Part shown: one piece after another, positions 41,229-54,394 of the stretch | Layout: each line of letters starts with the position of its first letter | Position numbering within the stretch: the first letter of the stretch is position 1 | From: Eledone cirrhosa | Taxonomy: Eukaryota | Reading direction: 5' to 3' | Assembly: GCA_964016885.1 (NCBI GenBank) | Contig: OZ024744.1 | Coordinates: forward strand, 35,588,001 to 35,652,000 | Length of the DNA stretch: 64,000 bases | The notes under the pieces: generated by a model | Told to the model about the DNA's origin: nothing | Database searches by the model: none | What the model saw: only the letters and a program-made list of their open reading frames with translations | Position numbers and translations under genes: made by a program

Positions 41229-41515
41229 GCATGGCTTAGTGGCTAGTATGTTGAGTTCACAATCATAAGGTTGTGAGTTTGAATCCAGGACAAGGCGGTG
41301 CATTGTGTTCTTCAGCAAGACACTTTATTTCACATTGCTCCAGTTTACTCAGCTGTAGAAATGAATTGTGGTGTCATTGGTGCCATGATGTATTGGCCAT
41401 TGTCTTTCCCTTGGACAACATTGGTGGTGTTGAGAGGGGAGGCTGGTATCCCCCAAAGGGGAATTTTCCAGACACAATACCATGGTCACTCATGATCGAA
41501 CGGGGCCTATGATGA
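41229..41515 (+). mobile_element. SINE-A-related copy with a different 3' part
   Basis: catggcttagtggctag head and cactttatttcacattgctccagtttactcagctgtagaaatga core, then an unrelated tail. Confidence 0.75.
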
Positions 41516-41766
41516 TATATATAAATAATTATACATATATATATATATATATGCAATTGGCAGTCTGAAGTGCTATCAATGTTAAAATTTCAATGTCAGT
41601 GCCACCTTTTCCTTTGCAAAATAGAACTTCTATTCTGCTCACATATATTCAGTGCTAATTCAGTTAAAGTTTGAATGTTTTATGTACTCTTAGTTGATAA
41701 GAAATATATACATATGTATATTTATGTAAATATATTGGTTTCTTAATATCTGAATTTTCTTTCCAG

Positions 41767-41830
41767 AACAAAAAGCTATTGATTTTACCCGAGCTGCCAG
41801 GAAAGCCCGTTTGAAATCTTCATTGATTTG
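41767..41830 (+). CDS. Internal coding exon A of putative winged-helix plus nucleoside phosphorylase-domain gene
   Basis: Polypyrimidine ttttctttccAG acceptor; reads (E)QKAIDFTRAARKARLKSSLI(W); GTtggc donor (weak); ends TG, completed by the G of exon B as Trp. Confidence 0.65.
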
Positions 41831-42489
41831 GTTGGCCAAAAAAATGAAGATGATTCAATACCTTGAAGATACATACCCAAATAGTGCATCCATTCAAGAT
41901 TTATTAGCGTGAGTTTAAACATATTCCTATAATCATGTGTTACTAATACAACTATCCTCTCCATAGTGGGCTTTTTGTATCTTATTTGATAGTAAACAAA
42001 AATATAAGTTTGGGCATTTTCTAGCAGGCCAATCTCTAGCAGGGACTTGACATGAAAGCACATTAGTACAACATTCTTAATAAATTACTACTACTATAGC
42101 CATCACTTGCAAGCAAATACAGACACTCTCTCAACCCTCTCTCCTTTGATCCAGAGTAACATCCAGGATGTAACAGCTGGATGGAGAGATGTCTGCATCA
42201 ACACTTGGTTGGTATTTTCTTTATTGATCTCAAAATGATGAAAGGCAAAAATGGATCTTGGTGGGACATGAACTCGGAATGCAGGAACAAGAAAGAAATA
42301 TGACTGTAGCACATTTAAAAAAATAAGTCTTTACATTAATATTGTAAATTTTCACAACGATCTGTCCAATAGTAAAAATACTATAAACATTTGAATTCAC
42401 ATAGCCATTTTTAGATATTTTTGCTAAATCATTACAGGTTGTTAAGAATTACACTGTGTTTAGAATGTCTTTTATGTGTTCTGATTCTC

Positions 42490-45350
42490 TGCACTCATGA
42501 GTTGAACACCAGCGGCCTGAGGTTGCTTGAACTCTGCGCAGAACTCAACTTAATCATCTGCAACACTCTTTTCCATCAGAAACTGAAATATAAAGCTACC
42601 TGGTATCATCCAAGATCCAAGCATGGACACATGATTGATTTCATCATCACTCATAAACAAGATCTGAGTGATGTGTGTACAGTGCGTGTGTTGTATAGTG
42701 CAGAATGTGGCACTGACCACAAATTAGTGCGAGGAAAGTTCAAGATGAGTAACCCCAAAAGAGTTCATATGAGTGGAGTGAAAGCACTGAAGCGCATTGA
42801 TGTCACCAAACTGATGCAAGCAGATGTATGTGTAACCTAACTAAAAGACTTGATAGTCTTGATTTGGTGGCACCTGGGAAAACTTTAGAGATCAAGTTTA
42901 CTCAATAGTAGCTGAGGTACTTGGCTTCAGGACTGGTCTGATGACAACAATCCTAATATCAATCAGCTATTGAAAACCAAGCACACTCTCTATGAAAAGA
43001 TCCTGAATCAGAATCCCGTAGCACAACCAGCTGTCAGGAAAGCCTACAAAGATCACAAGGCAACACTGCAGCGTGAACTGCGCAGGATACACAATGAGTG
43101 GTGGAGTAACAGACTTTTAACACTAAAGATTTGAAGTCGTTTTACTCATTGGTACGCCAAGTCTTCGGCCCACCAACATCCTCAGTAACTCCTTTGAGAT
43201 CTAAAGATGATGCCAATATCATCATCAAAGAGCCATAAAAATCTTTCAGGGTTGGGAGGAACACTTTACTGACCTGTTTGACAACCCATGAATAGTCAAT
43301 TTTAGTGTGATAGAGGGCCTCCCTCAATATGAAACAGTGCACTGTATGGGTCAATTTGCCTTGACTGATGAAATAAAGCTGGCAGTCAAGTAGGTTAACT
43401 CTGGCAAGGCACCAGTTCCAGATGGTATCCCAGTCAAACTGCTAAAAGTCAGTGGTGATAATGTAACAGAAGCAATAAACATCTTTATCACTGATTGCTG
43501 GAATGGGTCTCTGGTCCCGCAAGACTGGATCAACGGTATTCTGTTATCATTATACAAAGGCAAAGGTGAAAAATCAATGTGGAAACTACCTTGGCATCAC
43601 TTTGTTGGAAACTGTTGGCAAGGTTCTCGCAAGATTTAGCTCAACAGACTGGAGGGGGATATCTGTCCTACAGCTATCCCAGAATCACAGAGTGATTTTA
43701 GAGGAGGAAGGGGAAGAGTTGACATGATTTTTCCTGTATAAATACAAGAAAAATGTATCGAGCATTGTGTCCCCCTATATCAAGTCTTGTCGACCTAATG
43801 AAGGCCTTTGACACAGTTAACAGAGATGTACTCTGGATAATACTTGTAAAAGTAGGATGTCCACCCAAGTTTGTGAGCATACTAAAGCACAGAAATATGA
43901 AAGCTCAGGTTACCTTCAATGGTCAATTATCTTGGGAAATCCCAAGTGATAACAGGGTAAAGCAAGGTGATATTCCTGCTCCTACGCTTTTCTCTATCTT
44001 TGCTGCCTTGCTCACATATGCTTTCCATGATTGTGACAGTCATTCTTTTATGGTTCAGAATTACTGGAAAGGTTTTCAACTTAAGAAGGTTTAATGCCAA
44101 GATAAAAACTTTTCAAGCTTTGATCAGAGTTCTTCTTTATGCGGACAATGCTGACTTCCTAGCACACACAGAAGCTGACATGCAGCACTTTATGGGCCGT
44201 TTCTTATCCTCATCTACAGCATTTGGGCTTACAGTCAGCCTTAAAAAGACCAAAGTAATGTTTACCCCTGCTCCTAGAGAACCATATACTGAACCCAATA
44301 TCACGGTTGATGGAACCAGGTTGGGAGTAGTAGATAACTTTGTCTACTTGGGTAGCACATTCTCAAATGATGGCGCCTTGGATGCTGAAATACATCTCCA
44401 CATCCAGAAGGCCTTTGTTGCCTTTGGAGAATTGGAAAAGGTAGTTTGGGTAAATCGCAACATTACCAACAATGCCAAGGTGTGTGTGTATAGATCATGT
44501 GTTCTGTCTGCTCTTTTATACTCTGCCGAAACCTGGACACCATTCCACAAACACATCAAATTGCTTGAGTGTTTTTAGCAGAAATGTTTAAGGCGCATAT
44601 TCAACATCAAGTGGCAACACAGAACTCCTGACATCCATGCCCTTATAAAGAAGAATGTCCAAGCGTTGAGTCCCAAGTAACATCTTAAATGCGTTGGACA
44701 GGCCATATCATTTGCATGAAAGAAAACAGGATCCCAAAGCAATTGTTTTACGGTGAGCTCTATCTTGGAAAAAGGCCTCAACACAAACCGAAAATGAGGT
44801 TCAGGGGCAGCATCAAGAACATCCTCAAAGAACTTGCATTTGATAGAGACAACTGGCAGGAGATAGTTCTGAATAGGACTGAGTGGAGAACGCGCATAAA
44901 GGGCAGTTACAAAACTTTTGAGGAATGTTGTCTAGAACATAATCAACTGAAGCCCCGCTCCGGAAGTGTTGTGCTCAGTCTTGATGAAGTCATCAGTAGT
45001 TGGACATGCAAATTCTGTCAGTGTGTACTCCTCTCAAAGGCTGGTTATGTTAATCACCTGATGTCACATGAAAGGACAACCACCCGCAACACCACTCAAC
45101 AAAGACCTGGTGAAACAACGTGCATGATATGCAACAAAGTGTGTAGAATTAGTTCTGGACTAAAAAAAACACATGGTGGTGCATAAAGATTGTGTCCCAC
45201 AGGGTGACCCCACCGGTCCTGTGGAAAGCACAACTCTCTTCTGTCACCTATCTCATAAACCATGCAGATCTACACCTGGCCTACAAAGTCATCTACAAAT
45301 GGACGCTGATGGGATGACAATGAAGAATCAATAAAAGACAGCAATCATCT
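42490..45350 (+). mobile_element. Decayed BovB-like RTE LINE (APE end, RT, C-terminal C2H2 fingers)
   Basis: TWYHPRSKHGHMIDFII, ECGTDHKLV, DLMKAFDTVNR, VKQGDIPAPTLF, LLYADNAD, FVYLGS, RWTGHI, RIPKQLFYGEL, CKFC...NHLMSH, CMICNKVC. Confidence 0.93.
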
Positions 45351-45672
45351 GTGAAGACGCTGCAATCCTCATGTATGTATGCGTGTATGTATGCATGTAT
45401 GTTTGTGTGTATGTATGCGTGTATGTATGAAAGTATGCATGTATGTATACATGTATGTACGTATGTATGTATGTATGTATATAATCATGTATGTATACAT
45501 GTATGTTGCATGTATGTCTATATGTGTGTATGTATGTAATGTATGTGGGCATGGCTAATTGGGTAAGAAGTTTGTTTCACAGTCATGAGGTCTCAAATTC
45601 ACTCTCTCTGCATGGCATCTTGGTCATGTGTAATTTTCAATAATTATAGGTGAACACAAATGTTTCGAATTA

Positions 45673-46128
45673 ATCCTTTAGATACCAACACAGTCAATAC
45701 CGGTTCTGGTACTATGAAATAAAACCAGCCATTTTAAAGGTTTCCAATTTAAATCAAAATCTTCCAACATAATTTTATATAAGAAACCTTACATTAAGTT
45801 ACTATCTTAGTAATAAAATAATTAATAATTTTTAAAAATCCCTCAAAATTCTTCATTAACCCTTTAGCATTTACATTACTCTATATATACTATTATATTT
45901 TTATGGTAAAGGGTTTACCTCATAATATCTCACGTAATATGAAATCTATGAGATTTTGATATTATTTATTTTGAGAACAATACCTTAACATCAATATGAG
46001 TGGCCAGTTACGGCTGGTTTGAACAGAAAGAGGTGAGAGAATTCTGGGCAGATATGGCCAGTTTAAATGCTGAAGGGTTAGTTAATTAAAGTAAAGTTTA
46101 TTTTATTAGGAATACAGTAATGAAAGGG
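45673..46128. mobile_element. Nested piggyBac-like MITEs
   Basis: Outer ttaa-tccttt...aaaggg-ttaa (related to 61655-61971); inner 45860-46077 ttaa-ccctttagcattt...aaatgctgaaggg-tta (related to 48914-49493). Confidence 0.7.
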
Positions 46129-46674
46129 TTAAATTGGGTAATTGGAAACTGTTCCGAAGCCTGTTTAATTGACTATGTGTACTTGAAAAGGATCACCATT
46201 GCCACACACCAACGTACTGAATCTCCTTGAGAATTAAGTTAATGGAATGTGTGCCTGTGGAATACTGAGCTACATGTACTTTTATTTAGCAAGTAAATCA
46301 TCCTATTGATCAAACAATTCTAACACTTATCCACGAAGCTGTCAGAAATTCATTTATACACACCGACTTCCACATACACACACACATACACACACGTGAG
46401 TGTGTGTGTGTATATCCCAGTTTTTAAAATAGGAACACATTATCTCTGCATGCTAATAGAGGCAACTAAGAAAGTTGGTTTTAGGAATGGCATCTGGCTA
46501 TAAAACATTTTCTTAAAATATCCCATCCAGCCCAAGCCAGCATGAAAATATGGATATAAAAACAATGATGATGATGATGATGATGATGATGATTATTATT
46601 ATTATTAAATATATATATATATACACTATCATCATCATCATCATCATCACTGTTTTCCACGCTAGCATGGGTTA

Positions 46675-47535
46675 GAAATGTAAATCTGAGTTCTTTGAAT
46701 ATTAATAATTGTTTCTACTTTTGGCACTAGGCCAGCAATTATGCAGTGCATTACTGGTACTTTATTTTATCGACCCCGGAAGGATGAAAGGCAAAATTAA
46801 CCTTGGGATTTGAACTCAGATCATACAGGGAGGTAACTCTATGCTTCAAAGCATGGCATCCGACCCTCTACCGATACTATTTTTTGAATATTAATAATAC
46901 TATTCGATTTGTTTACAATTATGCAAACAGACTCTTAAGCAACGTTCTGTTTACATGCCAACACAAGAGCAAGAATGATGGGGTCATTCTACTGACATGG
47001 CTTTAAAGAGGTTGTTTGCATGATATCAAACAAATCGAATATCATCAGTAATGTACTGGGTAATTGCTGGCCTTGTGCCTAAAATAGAAACAATTATTAA
47101 TGATAGGGCGGTGGATTGGCAGTATCGGTAGAGGGTCGGACGCCATGCTTTGATGCATAGAGTTACGGCCCTTCTATTCTGAGTTCAAATCCCGCCGAGG
47201 TTAACTTTGTCTTTCATCCTTACGGGGTCGATAAAATAAAGTACCAGTAATGCGCTGGGTATTTGCTGGCCTTGTGCCAAAAGTAGAAACAATTAATAAT
47301 GATAGGGCGGAGGATTGGCAGTATCGGTAAAGCGTGGAGTTACGGCCCTTTATGATCTGAGTTCAAATCCCGCTGAGGTTAACTTTGCCTTTCATCCTTA
47401 CGGGGTCGATAAAATAAAGTACCAGTCACGCACTGGGGTCGATTTAATCGACTTTCTCCTCCCCCTAAATTGCTGGCCTTGTGCCAAAAGTAGAAACAAT
47501 TATTAACATTTGAAAAACTCAGATTTACATTTCTT
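46675..47535. mobile_element. Palindromic MITE-like element carrying four SINE-B insertions
   Basis: agaaatgtaaatctgagtt (46675) is inverted to aactcagatttacatttct (about 47516-47534); SINE-B at 46710-46878 (-), 47047-47098, 47105-47295 and 47304-47504 (+); partial uninterrupted relative at 47871-48010. Confidence 0.7.
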
Positions 47536-48125
47536 GTATTCAGTCCTGTAGAGCGGTAAACTATTTGTTAGTTATTTGAATATGGCAAAGCCAGCCATTA
47601 ATCGCTCATATAACCCATGCTAGTGTGGAAGATGGACATTAAACGATGATGATGAGGATGATATATGAAACTGACTGGCCTTCCTGTTGATATGCAAATT
47701 TGGCTGATCAGTGGGTCAGATATGACAGATCAGCCAGTCTGCTAATATGCAAATCAGTCTGACCAGTATATTTCAGAAAATATATATTTTCACTAGCTCC
47801 GACAGTTGGCAGGTAAGTAGTATACAGTACTGGTGAAGGGTAATCACCCAAAAACATTAGTGCCTGCAATTCTGTTTATATGTCAACACAAGAGCAAGAA
47901 TGATGGGTTCATTCTACTCACATGAATTAGAGTCTGTTTGCATAATTGCAAACGAATCGAATATTATTATTAATATTCGAAAAACTCAGTTTTGCATTTG
48001 TTGTATTCATCTTTGTAGAGTAATAAAACTATGATGAGGTCACATCTGTTCTTGGATCTGTCCAACATGTGGCAGCTTGGAAAATTGGATAGAAAATGAT
48101 GATAATGATATATATATATATATAT

Positions 48126-48466
48126 CATCCTCATCATCATCATTTTACCTCCTCTTTTCCCTGCTTGCAAGGGTTGGACGGGAACTGATACTGGCTTGAT
48201 TTCTACAGCTGGATGCCCTTCCTAACACCAACCTCATTTACAGTGAGTGCTGGGTGCTTTTTATGCCGTGGCACCCCCACGACCACTTTGCAGTGAAATG
48301 ATAGGGACCCCAATGCCTATCATCTCATTTCTACAGGTGAGTAAACAGGAACAATGTGAAATAAAATCTCTTGCTCAAGGAAACAGCACATCACCTGGTT
48401 CGAGAATTGAACTGACAACCTTTCGATTGCAAGGCCAATGCTCTAACCACTAAGCCATATGCCTCC
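48126..48466 (-). mobile_element. SINE family A
   Basis: Full-length match to 1533-1862. Confidence 0.9.
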
Positions 48467-48913
48467 ATATATATATATATATGTGTGTGTGTAAAGCATG
48501 GATGAACTGAGTGAAAAAGAATCAGATGTAGTGTGCAGGAGAGAAGACTGCACTGGTATGGTCATGTGATCATATGGATGACAATCATTTGGTGAAGAAG
48601 TGCCAAGAAATCCCAGCGGAAGGGAGCTACAGTTGAGGGAGGCTTAGGAAGACCTGGGCAACCAAATTTAGAGTGAGTGAGCCCTCACTATGGCTTTAAC
48701 AAAAAAGCATGACTGATTGATTTTTGTAGATCTGTCTCTCTCTCATCTTAGTTCAGGGTCTAATTTAACAGTGAGTCTAAAGTCTAAACAAATGTTTGTT
48801 AAGCACATCATCATAACTTTGTTTACAAGTTGAACTCCATATAGACATCCATATTGCCTTCACTATTGCTCTTTAGTTGAAACAATTTATGCAGTTGCAG
48901 TTTACGTGATTAA

Positions 48914-49493
48914 CTCTTTAGCATTTAAACTGGCCATATCTGGCCAGAATTCTCTCAGCTCTTTCTGTTCAAACCAGCTGTAACTGGCCACTCATACTTA
49001 TGTTAAGATATTGTTCTCAAAATAAATAATATCAAAATCTCATAGATTCGATATTATGAGAGATAATTATATGAAATAAAGTGTTTACCATGGAAATACA
49101 GTAGTAAATATATATGCATGGTATGTATGGCCCCGTAATTCCTGATAGAGTCGTAGGGGCACCATATTGACATACAGTGTTTCTTGGTTATTTTAAACCT
49201 GGTGGAGTCCATCCCTCTCCAGGTCTGAGTACAGCAGATTTCTTCCAGAGAAAGATAGAAAGTGAGAGAGAGGAAATTAGAAAGAGATATAGAGAAAGAG
49301 TCGACCCCAGTACTAAACTGCTACTTTTTTTATCGACCTTGAAAGGGTGAATGGCAAAGTTGACCTTGGTGGGATTTGAACTTAGAGAGAAGAGAGCTGG
49401 AACAAATACCATAAAGCATTCTATCAGACGTTCTAACGATTCTGTCAATTCATCGCCTGCTTAGTAAATATTGAGTAATGTGAAAGCTAAAGG
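48914..49493. mobile_element. piggyBac-like MITE interrupted by insertions including a diverged SINE-B (about 49300-49458, -)
   Basis: ttaa-ctctttagcatttaaactggcc...aagctaaagg-ttaa; left part is the reverse complement of 45900-46077. Confidence 0.65.
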
Positions 49494-49554
49494 TTAAAAA
49501 TCATACAGGATAGTCAAATTACTGGTTAATATTTTTATATTTCTATTTGTACAG

Positions 49555-49691
49555 GAATTCCAAGGTGAAGCAATCAGACATGATTACAGCAGTAGTGATG
49601 TTGAATGAACTGCAGAAAAGAGGACTCATCAGAGAAGTTGATAAAGGAATGTGGATGAGGATTCCAGTCAGTCAACAGAACTTCTCTGATA
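49555..49691 (+). CDS. Internal coding exon B (winged-helix-like segment)
   Basis: ttctatttgtacAG acceptor; 1+45 codons+1: NSKVKQSDMITAVVMLNELQKRGLIREVDKGMWMRIPVSQQNFSD; GTATGT donor; final A joins TG of exon C to give Met. Confidence 0.8.
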
Positions 49692-49809
49692 GTATGTATG
49701 ATAATACACAATACTCTTTTTCTCTCTCACTCTCTTTTTCTGCTGTTCCCTCTTTCACATACATACGCATGCACAAATATATCTATATGGAAGTGAAACA
49801 TGGACACTT

Positions 49810-50185
49810 TCATTGAAACAACAAAAGCGCCTTGATGGCACCTACACTCGCCTACTTTGACACATTCAGAACATAAGCTGGTGATATCTGACTTTGAGAG
49901 AGATATATACCGGCCTCCCACGCATATCTGTCGTACATAAAAACAGAGTAAGATTCGCTGGCCACTGCCATCATGCCACCTATGAAGCTGTGTCCCCACT
50001 AGTGCTTTGGAAACCACAAGCAGTCACTAATAACAGGGGGCACAAGCTCTACTATCCTGATGTCATTTCCAGAGATTCTGGTATTGAAACCCAGGACTTG
50101 ACAACGGCAATGAACAACAGACCCATGTGGAGATCAATTGTTGAGTCAATTTTGGCTGAGGTTGCCAGATGATGATGATGATGAT
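49810..50185 (+). mobile_element. RTE 3' fragment with (GAT)n tail
   Basis: KRLDGTYTRLL...RVRFAGHC...LVLWKP...TAMNNRPMWRSIV. Confidence 0.8.
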
Positions 50186-51461
50186 ATCTATATTACAAAC
50201 ATAAAAAGGTGTTTATCTTGAAGGTGTTTTAAGGTGTTTATCATGAAATTATGTTATCATTTGTCAATGAATTCATTCATTCATTTTACATCTGCTTTTT
50301 CCCTGCTTGCAAGGGTGGGACGGGAACTGATTCTGGCTTGATTTCTACAGCTGGATGCCCTTCCTAACACCAACCTCATTTACAGTGAGTGCTGGGTGCT
50401 TTTTTGAATCTTCGTAAAATTTGATATCGAAATCATGATCAATTCCAGAATTATCCATAAGCAAAAAAATGCTAAATCCAGACTGCTCCTGGTGCAAAAC
50501 AGGGAAGAATTGAGAAAGACTGAGAGTTTTAATGAATTGGGAGTGAGTAACAGATAAAGGACAGCCATTTGAGCAGGCTTATTTGGAATACAAGAAAAGT
50601 TATTTTGTGATGCTAAACTCTGTATTTATTTCCTCACACACACACATGCCCACACAATATTTCCCATGTCTATATGTTTGTATGTATGCCTGCGCATGTG
50701 TGTATAAATTCATATATACATATATATCTGTGCCTGTGTGTACATGTGAATACATATGGGTATATGTACACCCATATCACACATGCAATACTCAAATACA
50801 CACATATGTTAACAAATACAATTTCACATCGTCATAAAAAACAGAAGCTTAATCACATAAACACACACGAACATCCACGCATACACACACTGCCCCAAAT
50901 TTAGTTAAGCAACTGTAAAATGAGTCAACCAGCTTAATGTTGATAGATTTCTACTCACTAATGGCATGGGTTATACATTTTCAATGATGAAGGAAAAAGA
51001 CAGTAGTGAAAAAATGATTTTAAAACTTTCGGCCCTGCATGTGGCTATCCTCAGAGTAGAGGTGTTAATATATTGCAAATGTTAAAATGTTAGATGGTGG
51101 TTAAGGGCTGAACACACTAATAGAATTCACAGTCAGAGTCATGTATCTTTTACTTGTTCTTTTTTTTTTTTTTTTTTTTTAGTGTCTTAATATCCTTCAT
51201 TCCTTCTCTACTCTCTCTCTCTCTATCTATCTCCCTTTCTATTTCTCATTTAGTCTCTCTCTTGCTTTCTCTTCTTCTCTTTCTTGCTTTGTTTCTCACC
51301 TTCTCTCTCTGTCACTTTCTTACTTTGTCTCTCTCTCTCTCTTGCTTCATCATCATCAACACTGTCATCATCATCAACATCATTGTCATTGTAATCATCA
51401 GCACCATCATCAACATCATCATCATCAACATCATTGTCATTCATCATCAAACATCAGTGTG

Positions 51462-51502
<41 letters not shown>

Positions 51503-51566
51503 TTGACTGTAGTAACAGACTGCTACAATCCTCCTTCTCTTCCTCAACCCATTGCAACTGTTATAA

Positions 51567-52331
51567 TCATGTGTTGTCCCATGGTGGGATGATAAGCCAT
51601 GGTCATGTGTGGTCCCATGGTGGGATGATAAGCCGTGGTCATATGTGGTCCCATGGTGGGATGATAAGCCATGGTCATGTGTTGTCCCATGGTGGGATGA
51701 TAAGCCATGGTCATGTGTGGTCCCATGGTGGGATGATAAGCCATGGTCATGTGTGGTCCCATGGTGGGATGATAAGCCATGGTCATGTGTGGTCCCATGG
51801 TGGGATGATAAGCCATGGTCATGTGTGGTCCCATGGTGGGATGATAAGCCGTGATCATGTGTGGTCCCATGGTGGGATGATAAGCCGTGGTCATGTGTGG
51901 TTCCGTGGTGGGATGATAAGCCGTGGTCATGTGTGGTCCCATGGTGGGATGATAAGCCGTGATCATGTGTGGTCCCATGGTGGGATGATAAGCCATGGTC
52001 ATGTGTGGTTCCGTGGTGGGATGATAAGCCGTGATCATGTGTGGTCCCATGGTGGGATGATAAGCCATGGTCATGTGTGGTTCCGTGGTGGGATGATAAG
52101 CCGTGGTCATGTGTGGTCCCATGGTGGGATGATAAGCCGTGGTCATGTGTGATTCCGTGGTGGGATGATAAGCCGTGGTCATGTGTGGTCCCATGGTGGG
52201 ATGATAAGCCATGGTCATGTGTGGTTCCGTGGTGGGATGATAAGCCGTGGTCATGTGTGGTCCCATGGTGGGATGATAAGCCGTGATCATGTGTGGTCCC
52301 ATGGTGGGATGATAAGCCATGGTCATGTGTG
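51567..52331. repeat. 36-bp minisatellite, about 21 copies
   Basis: Unit gtgtggtcccatggtgggatgataagccatggtcat with few variant positions; no spacers. Confidence 0.97.
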
Positions 52332-52961
52332 AGATTTAACCTGTTTAATACACCAGAAACCAGCTCGAGATTTGGGATAATAAACAGCTAATTTTATGAT
52401 GTTTATAGTTACATTAAAACCTTTCATCATAATTATATTTTAGTAATTTTTCTTATATAATATACTAAATATTAACTTAATAATGAAACAAACTTAATTA
52501 CTTAACCTTTTCATAATTATATTAGAAAGTTTTTTAATGAAATCTGCTAAATATTAACTTAATAATGCAACAAACTTAATTACTTTACTTTCATCATAAT
52601 TATATTTTAGTAATCTTTCTTATGTAATGTCTTAATTATTAACTTAATATTGAAAAACTTACTGTATATACTCCAATATAAGCTGCTGCCTCGTCCCTTC
52701 TATTTTATGTCTGAGAAATGGGCAAAAATCCAAACCACATTTATAAGGTAGTTAATCAACTCATTTTTAGATGGTGTATATAGAGCCCCCCTCCCTCCTA
52801 CCCATTTTACCATTGATGTTTTGGTTACATATTCCTTGGCTTTGTATACATATTCCTTCCTTTGAGTATACGCGGAAGTTATTTTACTAAATTCCTCAAA
52901 ATCTTTAGATTTTTTGAAAGTTAATTGAAACACATAGGCATAGTGTATTCAAATAGAAATA

Positions 52962-53942
52962 CGGCCAGCAATTACCCACTACATTACTGGTACTTTATTT
53001 TATCGACCCCATAAGGATGAAAGGCAAAGTTAACCTCGGCAGGATTTGAACTCAGAATGGCAAGGGCCGTAACTCTATGCGTCAAAGCATGGCGTCCGAC
53101 CCTCTACCGATACCACCACCACTACTACCACCACCACTACGACCACCACTACCACTACTACCACTACCACCACTACCACCACAAGTACCACTACAACCAC
53201 CACCACCGCCACCACTACCACCACTACTACCACTACCACCACCATGCCACCACCGCCACCACTACCATCACCACTACTACCACCACTACCACCATCACCA
53301 TAACACCACCAGCACCACCACTACCCCCAGCACCACCACTACCACGACCACCACCACTACTACCATCCCCACCACTACTACCACTACCACCACCACCTAC
53401 AACAACACCACCAACACCACCACAAACACCACCACCACCACCTACAACACCACCATCAACACCACCACAAACACCACCACCACCTACAACAACACCACCA
53501 CCAACACCACCACCACCTACAACAACACCAACACCACCACAACCATCTTTACCACCACCACCACCATCTTTACCACCACCACCACTGCCACCTTTACCAC
53601 CACCACCACCACCTACAACAACACCAACACCACCACAACCATCTTTACCACCACCACCACCACAACCATTTTTACCACCACCACCACCACCATCTTTACC
53701 ACCACCACCACCATCTTTACCACCACCACCACCACCACCACCACCTTTACCACCACCACCACCACCACCACCATCTTTACCACCACCACCACCACCACCA
53801 CCACCATCTTTACCACCACCACCACCACCACCACCACCATACAACATAACTTTGCCTTTCATCCTTACGGGGTCGATAAAATAAAGTACCAGTAATGCAC
53901 TGGGTATTAGCTGGCCTTGTGCCTAACGTAGAAATAATTATA
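52962..53942. repeat. (CCA)n-derived array (53114-53845) flanked by oppositely oriented SINE-B pieces
   Basis: SINE-B (-) 52962-53113 runs directly into ccaccacc; SINE-B 3' half (+) at 53848-53942. Confidence 0.88.
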
Positions 53943-54294
53943 TTACATACATGCTTCCTTATTATAGGTCTTTTACTTGCTGTTCTGTATTAAGAGAATC
54001 CTTTGTGATGTATAAGCATTAGAACATTGTTTTTTTTTTAATTCTTTCATTTTCCGCAATTCTACGTGGAACAAATTCGATTTTATCACCCATAATCCCA
54101 GCCAGTCTTTCTTCTTTAAGAGATTTTGGTACTTTGGAGGCAAATGGAATTGGAATCTTTCGCTTTGCCTTTCATCTTTTGCTGAGCTGAAGAAGATCAT
54201 CTCTTCAGCAGCACACAACTATAGTTTACAATAACAAAAGGACTGCTGCTGTTGTTGCTGCTGTTGTTGCTGATGTTGCTGCTGCTGCTGCTGC

Positions 54295-54340
<46 letters not shown>

Positions 54341-54357
54341 GCTGCTGTTGCTGTTGC

Positions 54358-54394
<37 letters not shown>

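Noticed and set aside
51567-52331. CRISPR-like 36-bp periodicity
   Set aside because: Units are contiguous with no unique spacers; no cas genes; eukaryotic context.
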